From assembly GCA_964016885.1 (NCBI GenBank), contig OZ024742.1, positions 5,332,001 through 5,396,000 of the forward strand: a DNA stretch of 64,000 nucleotides. The letters are read 5' to 3'. A program made the position numbers and the translations under genes. The DNA comes from Eledone cirrhosa. Its lineage: Eukaryota. This document shows positions 13,001 to 28,000 of this stretch, one piece after another; the first letter of the stretch is position 1, and every line of letters begins with the position of its first letter. The notes beneath the pieces were generated by a model that did not search any database, was not told where the DNA came from, and saw only the letters and a list, made by a program, of their open reading frames with translations.

Positions 13001-16000
13001 TCTCATCTGTGTCATTTATAGTCCTCTACTTTCCTCTACAGCCAGATCTGCCCTTCTTAACCCCTTCCCACCCTTTCTTCTCATGTGTATCATTTATAGT
13101 CCTCTACATTCCTCTATAGCCAGATCTGCCCATCTTAACCCCTTACCACCCTTTCTTCTCATCTGTATCATTTATAGTCCTCTACATTCCTCTACAGCCA
13201 GATCTGCCCTTTTAACCCCTTCCCACCCTTTCTTCTCATCTGTATCATTTATAGTCCTCTACATTCCTCTACAGCCAGATCTGCCCTTCTTAACACCTTC
13301 CCACCCTTTCTTCTCATCTGTAACATTTATAGTCCTCTACATTCCTCTACAGCCAGATCTGCCCTTCCTAACCCCTTCCCACCCTTTTTTCTCATCTGTA
13401 TCATTTATAGTCCTCTACATTCCTCTACAGCCAGATCTGCCCATCTTAACCCCTTCCCACCCTTTCTTCTCATCTGTATCATTTATAGTCCTCTACATTC
13501 CTCTACAGTCAGATCTGCCCATCTTAACCCCTTCCCACCCTTTCTTCTCATCTGTATCATTTATAGTCCTCTACATTCCTCTACAGCCAGATCTGCCCTT
13601 CTTAACCACTTCCCACCCTTTCTTCTCATCTGTATCATTTATAGTCCTCTACTTTCCTCTACAGCCAGATCTGCCCTTTTTAACCCCTTCCCACCCTTTC
13701 TTCTCATCTGTATCATTTATAGTCCTCTACATTCCTCTACTGCCAGATCTGCCCTTCCTAACCCCTTCCCATCCTTTCTTCTCATCTGTATCATTTATAG
13801 TCCTCTACGTTCCTCTACAGCCCGATCTGCTCTTCTTAACCCCTTCACACCCTTTTTTCTTATCTGTATCATTTATAGTCCTCTACATTCCTCTACAGCC
13901 AGATCTGCCCTTCTTAACCCCTTCCCATCCTTTCTTCTCATCTGTATCATTTATAATCCTCTACTTTCCTCTACAGCCAGATCTGCCCTTCTTAACCCCT
14001 TCCCACCCTTTCTTCTCATCTGTATCATATATAGTCCTCTACATTCCTCTACAGACAGATCTGCCATTCTAACCCCATCCCATCCTTTCTTCTCATCTGT
14101 ATCATTTATAGTCCTCTACTTTCCTCTCCAGCCAGATCTGCCCTTCTTAACCCCTTCCCACCCTTTTTCTCATCTGTATCATTTATAGTCCTCTACATTC
14201 CTCTACAGCCAGATCTGCCCTTCTTAACCCCTTCCCATCCTTTCTTCTCATGTGTATCATTTATAGTCCTCTACTTTCCTCTACAGCCAGATCTGCCCTT
14301 CCTAACCCCTTCCCACCCTTTTTTCTCATCTGTATCATTTATAGTCCTCTACATTCCTCTACAGCCAGATCAGCCATTCTTAACCCCTTCCCACCCTTTC
14401 TTCTCATCTGTATCATTTATAGTCCTCTACATTCCTCTACAGCCCGATCTGCTCTTCTTAACCCCTTCACACCCTTTTTTCTTATCTGTATCATTTATAG
14501 TCCTCTACATTCCTCTACAGCCAGATCTGCCCATCTGAACCCCTTCCCACCCTTTCTTTTCATCTGTATCATTTATAGTCCTCTACTTTCCTCTACAACC
14601 AGATCTGCCCTTCTTAACCCCTTCCCACCCTTTCTACTCATCTGTATCATTTATAGTCCTCTACATTCTTCTACAGCCAGATATGCCCTTCTTAACGCCT
14701 TCCCACCCTTTCTTCTCATCTGTATCATTTATAGTCCTCTACTTTCCTCTACAGCCAGATCTGCCCTTCTTAACCTCTTCTCACCCTTTCTTCTCATCTG
14801 TATCATTTATAGTCCTCTACATTCCTCTACAGCCAGATCTGCCCTTCTTAACCCCTTCCCACCCTTTGTTCTCATCTGTATCATTTATAGTCCTCTACTT
14901 TCCTCTACAGCCAGATCTGCCCTTCTAAACTCCTTCCCACCCTTTCTTCTCATCTGTATCATTTATAGTCCTCTACTTTCCACTACAGCCAGATCTGCCC
15001 TTCTTAACCCCTTCCCACCCTTTCTTCTCATCTGTATCATTTATAATCCTCTACATTCCTCTACAGCCAGATCTGCACTTCTTAACCCCTTCCCACCCTT
15101 TCTTCTCATCTGTATCATTTATAGTCCTCTATATTCCTCTACCGCCAGATCTGCCCTTCTTAACCCCTTCCCACCCTTTCTTCTCATCTGTATCATTTAT
15201 AGCCCTCTACTTTCCTCTACAGCCACATCTGCCCTTCTTAACCCCTTCCCACCCTTTCTTCTCATCTGTATCATTTATAGTCCTCTACATTCCTCTACAG
15301 CAAGATCTGCCTTTCTTAACCCCTTCCCAACCTTTCTTCTCATCTGTATCATTTATAGTCCTCTACTTTCCTCTACAGCCAGATCTGCCCTTCTTAACCC
15401 CTTCCCACCCTTTCTTCTCATCTGTATCATTTATAGTCCTCTACATTCCTCTACAGCCAGATCTGCCCTTCTTAACCCCTTCCCATCCTTTCTTCTCATC
15501 TGTATCATTTATAGTCCTCTACTTTCCTCTACAGCCAGATCTGCCCTTCTTAACCCCTTCTCACCCTTTTTTCTCATCTGTATCATTTATAGTCCTCTAC
15601 ATTCCTCTACAGCCAGATCTGCCCTTCTTAACCCCTTCCCATCCTTTCTTCTCATCTGTATCATTTATAGTCCACTACTTTCCTCTACAGCCAGATCTGC
15701 CCTTCTTAACCCCTTCCCATCCTTTCTTCTCATCTGTATCATTTATAGTCCTCTACTTTCCTCTACAGCCAGATCTGCCCTTCTTAACCCCTTCTCACCC
15801 TTTTTTCTCATCTGTATCATTTATAGTCCTCTACATTCTTCTACAGCCAGATCTGCCCTTCTTAACCCCTTCCCACCCTTTCTTCTCATGTGTATCATTT
15901 ATAGTCCTCTACATTCCTCTACAGCCAGATCTGCCCATCTTAACCCCTTCCCACCCTTTCTTTTCATCTGTATCATTTATAGTCCTCTACTTTCCTCTAC

Positions 16001-19000
16001 AACCAGATCTGCCCTTCTTAACCCCTTCCCACCCTTTCTACTCATCTGTATCATTTATAGTCCTCTACATTCTTCTACAGCCAGATATGCCCTTCTTAAC
16101 GCCTTCCCACCCTTTCTTCTCATCTGTATCATTTATAGTCCTCTACATTCCTCTACAGCCAGATCTGCCCTTCTTAACCCCTTTCCACCCTTTCTTCTCA
16201 TCTGTATCATTTATAGTCCTCTACTTTCCTCTACAGCCAGATCTGCCCTTCTTAACCCCTTCTCACCCTTTCTTCTCATCTGTATCATTTATAGTCCTCT
16301 ACATTTCTCTACAGCCAGGTCTGCCCTTCTTAACCCCTTTCCCACCCTTTGTTCTCATCTGTATCATTTATAGTCCTCTACTTTCCTCTAAACCAGATCT
16401 GCCCTTCTAAACCCCTTCCCACCCTTTCTTCTCATCTGTATCATTTATAGTCCTCTACTTTCCTCTACAGCCAGATCTGCCCTTCTTAACCCCTTCCCAC
16501 CCTTTTTTCTCATCTGTATCATTTATAGTCCTCTACATTCCTCTACAGCCAGATCTGCCATTCTTAACCCCTTCCCACCCTTTCTTCTCATCTGTATCAT
16601 TTATAGTCCTCTACATACCTCTACAGCCAGATCTGCCCTTCTTAACCCCTTCCCATCCTTTCTTCTCATCTGTATCATTTATAGTCCTCTACTTTCCTCT
16701 ACAGCCAGATCTTCCCTTCTTAACCCCTTCCCACCGTTTTTTCTCATCTGTATCATTTATAGTCCTCTACATACCTCTACAGCCAGATCTGCCCTTCTTA
16801 ACCCCTTCCCACCCTTTCTTCTCATCTGTATCATTTATAGTCCGCTACTTTCCTCTACAGCCAGATCTGCCCTTTTTAACCCCTTCCCACCCTTTCTTCT
16901 CATCTGTGTCATTTATAGTCCTCTACTTTCCTCTACAGCCAGATCTGCCCTTCTTAACCCCTTCCCACCCTTTCTTCTCATGTGTATCATTTATAGTCCT
17001 CTACATGACTCTATAGCCAGATCTGCCCATCTTAACCCCTTCCCACCCTTTCTTCTCATCTGTATCATTTATAGTCCTCTACATTCATCTACAGCCAGAT
17101 CTGCCCTTTTAACCCCTTCCCACCCTTTCTTCTCATCTGTATCATTTATAGTCCTCTACATTCCTCTACAGCCAGATCTGCCCTTCTTAACCCCTTCCCA
17201 CCCTTTCTTCTCATCTGTATCATTTATAGTCCTCTACATTCCTCTACAGCCAGATCTGCCCATCTTAACCCCTTCCCACCCTTTCTTCTCATCTGTATCA
17301 TTTATAGTCCTCTACATTCCTCTACAGCCAGATCTGCCTTTCTTAACCACTTCCCACCCTTTCTTCTCATCTGTATCATTTATAGTCCTCTACTTTCCTC
17401 TACAGCCAGATCTGTCCTTTTTAACCCCTTCCCGCCCTTTCTTCTCATCTGTATCATTTATAGTCCTCTACATTCCTCTACTGCCAGATCTGCCTTTCTT
17501 AACCCCTTCCCATCCTTTCTTCTCATCTGTATCATTTATAGTCCTCTACGTTCCTCTACAGCCCGATCTGCTCTTTTTAACCCCTTCACACCCTTTTTTC
17601 TTATCTGTATCATTTATAGTCCTCTACATTCCTCTACAGCCAGATCTGCTCTTCTCAACCCCTTCCCACCCTTTCTTCTCATCTGTATCATTTATAGTCC
17701 TCTACATTCCTCTACAGCCAGATCTGCCCTTCTTAACCCCTTACCACCCTTTGTTCTCATCGGTATCATTTATAGTCCTCTAATTTCCTCTACAGCCAGA
17801 TCTGCCCTTCTTAACTCCTTCCCACTCTTTCTTCTCATCTGTATCATTTATAGTCCTCTACTTTCCACTACAGCCAGATCTGCCCTTCTTAACCCCTTCC
17901 CACCCTTTCTTCTCATCTGTATCATTTATAATCCTCTACATTCATCTACAGCCAGATCTGCCCTTCTTAACCCCTTCCCACCCTTTCTTCTCATCTGTAT
18001 CATTTATAGTCCTCTATATTCCTCTACAGCCAGATCTGCCCTTCTTAACCCCTTCCCACCCTTTCTTCTCATCTGTATCATTTATAGCCCTCTACTTTCC
18101 TCTACAGCCAGATCTGCCCTTCTTAACCCCTTCCCACCCTTTCTTCTCATCTGTATCATTTATAGTCCTCTACATTCCTCTACAGCCAGATCTGCCTTTC
18201 TCAACCCCTTCCCAACATTTCTTCTCATCTGTATCATTTTTAGTCCTCTACAGCCAGATCTGCCCTTCTTAACCCCTTCCCACCCTTTCTTCTCATCTGT
18301 ATCATTTATAGTCCTCTACTTTCCTCTACAACCAGATCTGCCCTTCTTAACCCCTTCCCACCCTTTCTACTCATCTGTATCATTTATAGTCCTCTACATT
18401 CTTCTACAGCCAGATATGCCCTTCTTAACGCCTTCCCACCCTTTCTTCTCATCTGTATCATTTATAGTCCTCTACATTCCTCTACAGCCAGATCTGCCCT
18501 TCTTAACCCCTTTCCACCCTTTCTTCTCATCTGTATCATTTATAGTCCTCTACTTTCCTCTACAGCCAGATCTGCCCTTCTTAACCCCTTCTCACCCTTT
18601 CTTCTCATCTGTATCATTTATAGTCCTCTACTTTCCACTACAGCCAGATCTGCCCTTCTTAACCCCTTCCCACCCTTTCTTCTCATCTGTATCATTTATA
18701 ATCCTCTACATTCCTCTACAGCCAGATCTGCACTTCTTAACCCCTTCCCACCCTTTCTTCTCATCTGTATCATTTATAGTCCTCTATATTCCTCTACCCC
18801 AAGATCTGCCCTTCTTAACCCCTTCCCACCCTTTCTTCTCATCTGTATCATTTATAGCCCTCTACTTTCCTCTACAGCCAGATCTGCCCTTCTTAACCCC
18901 TTCCCACCCTTTCTTCTCATCTGTATCATTTATAGTCCTCTACATTCCTCTACAGCCAGATCTGCCCTTCTTAACCCCTTCCCATCCTTTCTTCTCATCT

Positions 19001-22000
19001 GTATCATTTATAGTCCACTACTTTCCTCTACAGCCAGATCTGCCCTTCTTTACCCTTCCCACCCTTTCTTCTCTTCTGTATCATTTATAGTCCTCTACAT
19101 TCCTCTACAGCCAGATCTGCCCTTCATAACCCCTTCCCATCCTTTCTTCTCATCTGTATCATTTATAGTCCACTACTTTCCTCTGCAGCCAAATCTGCCC
19201 TTCTTAACCCTTCCCACCCTTTCTTCTCATCTGTATCATTTATAGTCCTCTACATTCCTCTACAGCCAGATCTGCCCTTCTTAACCCCTTCCCACCCTTT
19301 CTTCTCATCTGTATCATCTATAGTCCTCCACGTTCCTCTACAGCCAGATCTGGCCTTCTTAACCCCTTCCCACCCTTTCTTCTCATCTGTATCATTTATA
19401 GTCCTCTATATTCCTCTACAGCCAGATCTGCCCTTCTTTACCCCTTCGCACCCTTTCTTCTCATCTGTATCATTTATAGTCCTCTACATTCCTCTACAGC
19501 CAGATCTGCCCTTCTTAACACCTTCCCACCGTTCCTTCTCATCTGTATCATTTATAGTCCTCTACATTCCTCTACAGCCAGATCTGCCCTCCTTAACCCC
19601 TTCCCAGCCTTTCTTCTCATCTGTATCATTTATAGTCCTCTACTTTCCTCTACAGCCAGATCTGCCCTTTTTAACCCTTTCCCACCCTTTCTTCTCATCT
19701 GTGTCATTTATAGTCCTCTACTTTCCTCTACAGCCAGATCTGCCCTTCTTAACTCCTTCCCACCCTTTCTTCTCATCTGTATCATTTATAGTCCTCTACT
19801 TTCCTCTCACAGCCTGATCTGCCCTTTTTAACCCCTTCCCACCCTTTCTTCACATCTGTATCATTTATAGTCCTCTACTTTCCTCTACAGCCAGATTTGC
19901 CCTTTTTAACCCCTTCCCACCCTTTCTTCTCATCTGTATCATTTATAGTCCTCTACATTCCTCTACAGCCAGATCTGCCCTTCTTAACCCCTTCCCACCC
20001 TTTCTTCTCATCTGTATCATTTATAGTCCTCTACCTTCCTCTACAGCCAGATCTGCCCTTCTTAACCCCTTCCCACCCTTTCTTCTCATCTGTATCATTT
20101 ATAGTCCTCTACATTCCTCTACAGCCAGATCTGCCCTTCTTAACCCCTTCCCACCCTTTCTTCTCATGTGTATCATTTATAGTCCTCTACTTTCCACTAC
20201 AGCCAGATCTGCCCTTCTTAACCCATTCCCACCCTTTCTTTTCATCTGTATCATTTATAGTCCTCTACTTTCCTCTACAACCAGATCTGCCCTTCTTAAC
20301 CCCTTCCCACCCTTTCTACTCATCTGTATCATTTATAGTCCTCTACATTCTTCTACAGCCAGATATGCCCTTCTTAACGCCTTCCCACCCTTTCTTCTCA
20401 TCTGTATCATTTATAGTCCTCTACATTCCTCTACAGCCAGATCTGCCCTTCTTAACCCCTTTCCACCCTTTCTTCTCATCTGTATCATTTATAGTCCTCT
20501 ACTTTCCTCTACAGCCAGATCTGCCCTTCTTAACCCCTTCTCACCCTTTCTTCTCATCTGTATCATTTATAGTCCTCTACTTTCCACTACAGCCAGATCT
20601 GCCCTTCTTAACCCCTTCCCACCCTTTCTTCTCATCTGTATCATTTATAATCCTCTACATTCCTCTACAGCCAGATCTGCACTTCTTAACCCCTTCCCAC
20701 CGTTTCTTCTCATCTGTATCATTTATAGTCCTCTATATTCCTCTACCGCCAGATCTGCCCTTCTTAACCCCTTCCCACCCTTTCTTCTCATCTGTATCAT
20801 TTATAGCCCTCTACTTTCCTCTACAGCCAGATCTGCCCTTCTTAACCCCTTCCCACCCTTTCTTCTCATCTGTATCATTTATAGTCCTCTACATTCCTCT
20901 ACAGCCAGATCTGCCTTTCTTAACCCCTTCCCAACCTTTCTTCTCATCTGTATCATTTATAGTCCTCTACTTTCCTCTACAGCCAGATCTGCCCTTCTTA
21001 ACCCCTTCCCACCCTTTCTTATCATCTGTATCATTTATAGTCCTCTACATTCCTCTACAGCCAGATCTGCCCTTCTTAACCCCTTCCCACCCTTTCTTCT
21101 CATCTGTATCATCTATAGTCCTCCACGTTCCTCTACAGCCAGATCTGGCCTTCTTAACCCCTTCCCACCCTTTCTTCTCATCTGTATCATTTATAGTCCT
21201 CTATATTCCTCTACAGCCAGATCTGCCCTTCTTTACCCCTTCGCACCCTTTCTTCTCATCTGTATCATTTATAGTCCTCTACATTCCTCTACAGCCAGAT
21301 CTGCCCTTCTTAACACCTTCCCACCGTTCCTTCTCATCTGTATCATTTATAGTCCTCTACATTCCTCTACAGCCAGATCTGCCCTCCTTAACCCCTTCCC
21401 AGCCTTTCTTCTCATCTGTATCATTTATAGTCCTCTACTTTCCTCTACAGCCAGATCTGCCCTTTTTAACCCTTTCCCACCCTTTCTTCTCATCTGTGTC
21501 ATTTATAGTCCTCTACTTTCCTCTACAGCCAGATCTGCCCTTCTTAACTCCTTCCCACCCTTTCTTCTCATCTGTATCATTTATAGTCCTCTACTTTCCT
21601 CTCACAGACTGATCTGCCCTTTTTAACCCCTTCCCACCCTTTCTTCACATCTGTATCATTTATAGTCCTCTACTTTCCTCTACAGCCAGATTTGCCCTTT
21701 TTAACCCCTTCCCACCCTTTCTTCTCATCTGTATCATTTATAGTCCTCTACATTCCTCTACAGCCAGATCTGCCCTTCTTAACCCCTTCCCACCCTTTCT
21801 TCTCATCTGTATCATTTATAGTCCTCTACCTTCCTCTACAGCCAGATCTGCCCTTCTTAACCCCTTCCCACCCTTTCTTCTCATCTGTATCATTTATAGT
21901 CCTCTACATTCCTCTACAGCCAGATCTGCCCTTCTTAACCCCTTCCCACCCTTTCTTCTCATGTGTATCATTTATAGTCCTCTACTTTCCACTACAGCCA

Positions 22001-25000
22001 GATCTGCCCTTCTTAACCCATTCCCACCCTTTCTTTTCATCTGTATCATTTATAGTCCTCTACTTTCCTCTACAACCAGATCTGCCCTTCTTAACCCCTT
22101 CCCACCCTTTCTACTCATCTGTATCATTTATAGTCCTCTACATTCTTCTACAGCCAGATATGCCCTTCTTAACGCCTTCCCACCCTTTCTTCTCATCTGT
22201 ATCATTTATAGTCCTCTACATTCCTCTACAGCCAGATCTGCCCTTCTTAACCCCTTTCCACCCTTTCTTCTCATCTGTATCATTTATAGTCCTCTACTTT
22301 CCTCTACAGCCAGATCTGCCCTTCTTAACCCCTTCTCACCCTTTCTTCTCATCTGTATCATTTATAGTCCTCTACTTTCCACTACAGCCAGATCTGCCCT
22401 TCTTAACCCCTTCCCACCCTTTCTTCTCATCTGTATCATTTATAATCCTCTACATTCCTCTACAGCCAGATCTGCACTTCTTAACCCCTTCCCACCGTTT
22501 CTTCTCATCTGTATCATTTATAGTCCTCTATATTCCTCTACCGCCAGATCTGCCCTTCTTAACCCCTTCCCACCCTTTCTTCTCATCTGTATCATTTATA
22601 GCCCTCTACTTTCCTCTACAGCCAGATCTGCCCTTCTTAACCCCTTCCCACCCTTTCTTCTCATCTGTATCATTTATAGTCCTCTACATTCCTCTACAGC
22701 CAGATCTGCCTTTCTTAACCCCTTCCCAACCTTTCTTCTCATCTGTATCATTTATAGTCCTCTACTTTCCTCTACAGCCAGATCTGCCCTTCTTAACCCC
22801 TTCCCACCCTTTCTTATCATCTGTATCATTTATAGTCCTCTAAATTCCTCTACAGCCAGATCTGCCCTTCTTAACCCCTTCCCATCCTTTCTTCTCATCT
22901 GTATCATTTATAGTCCTCTACTTTCCTCTACAGCCAGATCTGCCCTTCTTAACCCCTTCTCACCCTTTTTTCTCATCTGTATCATTTATAGTCCTCTACA
23001 TTCCTCTACAGCCAGATCTGCCCTTCTTAACCCCTTCCCATCCTTTCTTCTCATCTGTATCATTTATAGTCCACTACTTTCCTCTACAGCCAGATCTGCC
23101 CTTCTTAACCCTTCCCACCCTTTCTTCTCATCTGTATCATTTATAGTCCTCTACTTTCCTCTACAGCCAGATCTGCCCTTCTTAACCCCTTCCCACCCTT
23201 TCTTCTCATCTGTATCATTTATAGTCCTCTACATTCCTCTACAGCCAGATCTGCCCTCTTAACCCCTTCCCACCCTTTCTTCTCATGTGTATCATTTATA
23301 ATCCTCTACATTCCTCTACAGCCAGATCTGCCCATTTTAACCCCTTCCCACCCTTTTTTTCATCTGTATCATTTATAGTCCTCTCCTTTCCTCTACTACC
23401 AGATCAGCCCTTCTTAACCCCTTCCCACCCTTTCTACTCATCTGCATCATTTATAGTCCTCTACATTCTTCTACAGCCAGATATGCCATTCTTAACGCCT
23501 TCCCACCCTTTCTTCTCATCTGTATCATTTATAGTCCTCTACATTCCTCTACAGCCAGATCTGCCCTTCTTAACCCCTTTCCACCTTTTCTTCTTATCTG
23601 TATCATTTATAGTCCTCTACTTTCCTCTACAGCCAGATCTGCCCTTCTTAACCCCTTCTCACCCTTTCTTCTCATCTGTATCATTTATAGTCCTCTACAT
23701 TCCTCTACAGCCAGATCTGCCCTTCTTAACCCTTTCCCACCATTTGTTCTCATCTGTATCATTTATAGTCCTCTACTTTCCTCTACAGCCAGATCTGCCC
23801 TTCTAAACTCCTTCCCACCCTTTCTTCTCATCTGTATCATTTATAGTCTTCTACTTTCCACTACAGCCAGATCTGCCCTTCTTAACCCCTTCCCACCCTT
23901 TCTTCTCATCTGTATCATTTATAATCCTCTACATTCCTCTACAGCCAGATCTGCACTACTTAACCCCTTCCCACCCTTTCTTCTCATCTGTATCATTTAT
24001 AGTCCTCTATATTCCTCTACCGCCAGATCTGCCCTTCTTAACCCCTTCCCACCCTTTCTTCTCATCTGTATCATTTATAGTCCTCTACATTCCTCTACAG
24101 CCAGATCTGCCCTTCTTAACCACTTCCCACCCTTTCTTCTCATCTGTATCATTTATAGTCCTCTACATTCCTCTACAGCCAGATCTGCCTTTCTTAACCC
24201 CTTCCCAACCTTTCTTCTCATCTGTATCATTTATAGTCCTCTACTTTCCTCTACAGCCAGATCTGCCCTTCTTAACCCCTTCCCACCCTTTCTTCTCATC
24301 TGTATCATTTATAGTCCTCTACATTCCTCTACAGCCAGATCTGCCCTTCTTAAACCCTTCCCATCCTTTCTTCTCATCTGTATCATTTATAGTCCTCTAC
24401 TTTCCTCTACAGCCAGATCTGCCCTTCTTAACCCCTTCTCACCCTTTTTTCTCATCTGTATCATTTATAGTCCTCTACATTCCTCTACAGCCAGATCTGC
24501 CCTTTGTAACCCCTTCCCATCCTTTCTTCTCATCTGTATCATTTATAGTCCACTACTTTCTTCTACAGCCAGATCTGCCCTTCTTAACCCCTTCTCACCC
24601 TTTCTTCTCATCTGTATCATTTATAGTCCTCTACATTCCTCTACAGCCAGATCTGCCCTTCTTAACCCCTTCCCACCCTTTCTTCTCATCTGTATCATTT
24701 ATAGTCCTCTACTTTCCACTACAGCCAGATCTGCCCTTCTTAACCCCTTCCCACCCTTTCTTCTCATCTGTATCATTTATAATCCTCTACATTCCTCTAC
24801 AGCCAGATCTGCACTTTTTAACACCTTCCCACCCTTTCTTCTCATCTGTATCATTTATAGTCCTCTATATTCCTCTACCGCCAGATCTGCCCTTCTTAAC
24901 CCCTTCCCACCCTTTCTTCTCATCTGTATCATTTATAGCCCTCTACTTTCCTCTACAGCCAGATCTGCCCTTCTTAACCCCTTCCCACCCTTTCTTCTCA

Positions 25001-28000
25001 TCTGTATCATTTATAGTCCTCTACATTCCTCTACAGCCAGATCTGCCTTTCTTAACCCCTTCCCAACCTTTCTTCTCATCTGTATCATTTATAGTCCTCT
25101 ACTTTCCTCTACAACCAGATCAGCCCTTCTTAACCCCTTCCCACCCTTTCTACTCATCTGCATCATTTATAGTCCTCTACATTCTTCTACAGCCAGATAT
25201 GCCCTTCTTAACGCCTTTCCACCCTTTCTTCTCATCTGTATCATTTATAGACCTCTACATTCCTCTACAGCCAGATCTGCCCTTCTTAACCCCTTTCCAC
25301 CTTTTCTTCTCATCTGTATCATTTATAGTCCTCTACTTTCCTCTACAGCCAGATCTGCCCTTCTTAACCCCTTCTCACCCTTTCTTCTCATCTGTATCAT
25401 TTATAGTCCTCTACATTCCTCTACAGCCAGATCTGCCCTTCTTAACCCCTTCCCACCCTTTGTTCTCATCTGTATCATTTATAGTCCTCTACTTTCCTCT
25501 ACAGCCAGATCTGCCCTTCTAAACTCCTTCCCACCCTTTCTTCTCATCTGTATCATTTATAGTCTTCTACTTTCCACTACAGCCAGATCTGCCCTTCTTA
25601 ACCCCTTCCCACCCTTTCTTCTCATCTGTATCATTTATAATCCTCTACATTCCTCTACAGCCAGATCTGCACTACTTAACCCCTTCCCACCCTTTCTTCT
25701 CATCTGTATCATTTATAGTCCTCTATATTCCTCTACCGCCAGATCTGCCCTTCTTAACCCCTTCCCACCCTTTCTTCTCATCTGTATCATTTATAGCCCT
25801 CTACTTTCCTCTACAGGCAGATCTGCCCTTCTTAACCCCTTCCCACCCTTTCTTCTCATCTGTATCATTTATAGTCCTCTACATTCCTCTACAGCCAGAT
25901 CTGACTTTCTTAACCACTTCCCAACCTTTCTTCTCATCTGTATCATTTATAGTCCTCTACTTTCCTCTACAGCCAGATCTGCCCTTCTTAAACCCTTCCC
26001 ACCCTTTCTTCTCATCTGTATCATTTATAGTCCTCTACATTCCTCTACAGCCAGATCTGCCCTTCTTAAACCCTTCCCATCCTTTCTTCTCATCTGTATC
26101 ATTTATAGTCCTCTACTTTCCTCTACAGCCAGATCTGCCCTTCTTAACCCCTTCTCACCCTTTTTTCTCATCTGTATCATTTATAGTCCACTACTTTCCT
26201 CTACAGCCAGATCTGCCCTTCTTAACCCCTTCTCACCCTTTCTTCTCATCTGTATCATTTATAGTCCTCTACATTCCTCTACAGCCAGATCTGCCCTTCT
26301 TAACCCCTTCCCACCCTTTCTTCTCATCTGTATCATTTATAGTCCTCTACTTTCCACTACAGCCAGATCTGCCCTTATTAACCCCTTCCCACCCTTTCTT
26401 CTCATCTGTATCATTTATAATCCTCTACATTCCTCTACAGCCAGATCTGCACTTCTTAACCCCTTCCCACCCTTTCTTCTCATCTGTATCATTTATAGTC
26501 CTCTATATTCCTCTACCGCCAGATCTGCCCTTCTTAACCCCTTCCCACCCTTTCTTCTCATCTGTATCATTTATAGCCCTCTACTTTCCTCTACAGCCAG
26601 ATCTGCCCTTCTTAACCCCTTCCCACCCTTTCTTCTCATCTGTATCATTTATAGTCCTCTACATTCCTCTACAGCCAGATCTGCCTTTCTTAACCCCTTC
26701 CCAACCTTTCTTCTCATCTGTATCATTTATAGTCCTCTACTTTCCTCTACAGCCAGATCTGCCCTTCTTAACCCCTTCCCACCCTTTCTTATCATCTGTA
26801 TCATTTATAGTCCTCTACATTCCTCTACAGCCAGATCTGCCCTTCTTAACCCCTTCCCATCCTTTCTTCTCATCTGTATCATTTATAGTCCTCTACTTTC
26901 CTCTACAGCCAGATCTGCCCTTCTTAACCCCTTCTCACCCTTTTTTCTCATCTGTATCATTTATAGTCCCCTACATTCCTCTACAGCCAGATCTGCCCTT
27001 CTTAACCCCTTCCCATCCTTTCTTCTCATCTGTATCATTTATAGTCCACTACTTTCCTCTACAGCCAGATCTGCCCTTCTTAACCCTTCCCACCCTTTCT
27101 TCTCATCTGTATCATTTATAGTCCTCTACTTTCCTCTACAGCCAGATCTGTCCTTCTTAACCCCTTCCCACCCTTTCTTCTCATCTGTATCATTTATAGT
27201 CCTCTACATTCCTCTACAGCCAGATCTGCCCTTCTTAACCCCTTCCCGCCCTTTCTTCTCATGTGTATCATTTATAGTCCTCTACATTCCTCTACAGCCA
27301 GATCTGCCCATCTTAACCCCTTCCCACCCTTTCTTTTCATCTGTATCATTTATAGTCCTCTACTTTCCTCTACAACCAGATCAGCCCTTCTTAACCCCTT
27401 CCCACCCTTTCTACTCATCTGTATAATTTATAGTCCTCTACATTCTTCTACAGCCATATATGCCCTTCTTAACGCCTTCCCACCCTTTCTTCTCATCTGT
27501 ATCATTTATAGTCCTCTACATTCCTCTACAGCCAGATCTGCCCTTCTTAACCCCTTTCCACCCTTTCTTCTCATCTGTATCATTTATAGTCCTCTACTTT
27601 CCTCTACAGCCAGATCTGCCCTTCTTAACCCCTTCTCACCCTTTCTTCTCATCTGTATCATTTATAGTCCTCTACATTCCTCTACAGCCAGATCTGCCCT
27701 TCTTAACCCCTTCCCACCCTTTGTTCTCATCTGTATCATTTATAGTCCTCTACTTTCCTCTACAGCCAGATCTGCCCTTCTAAACTCCTTCCCACCCTTT
27801 CTTCTCATCTGTATCATTTATAGTCCTCTACTTTCCACTACAGCCAGATCTGCCCTTCTTAACCCCTTCCCACCCTTTCTTCTCATCTGTATCATTTATA
27901 ATCCTCTACATTCCTCTACAGCCAGATCTGCACTACTTAACCCCTTCCCACCCTTTCTTCTCATCTGTATCATTTATAGTCCTCTATATTCCTCTACCGC

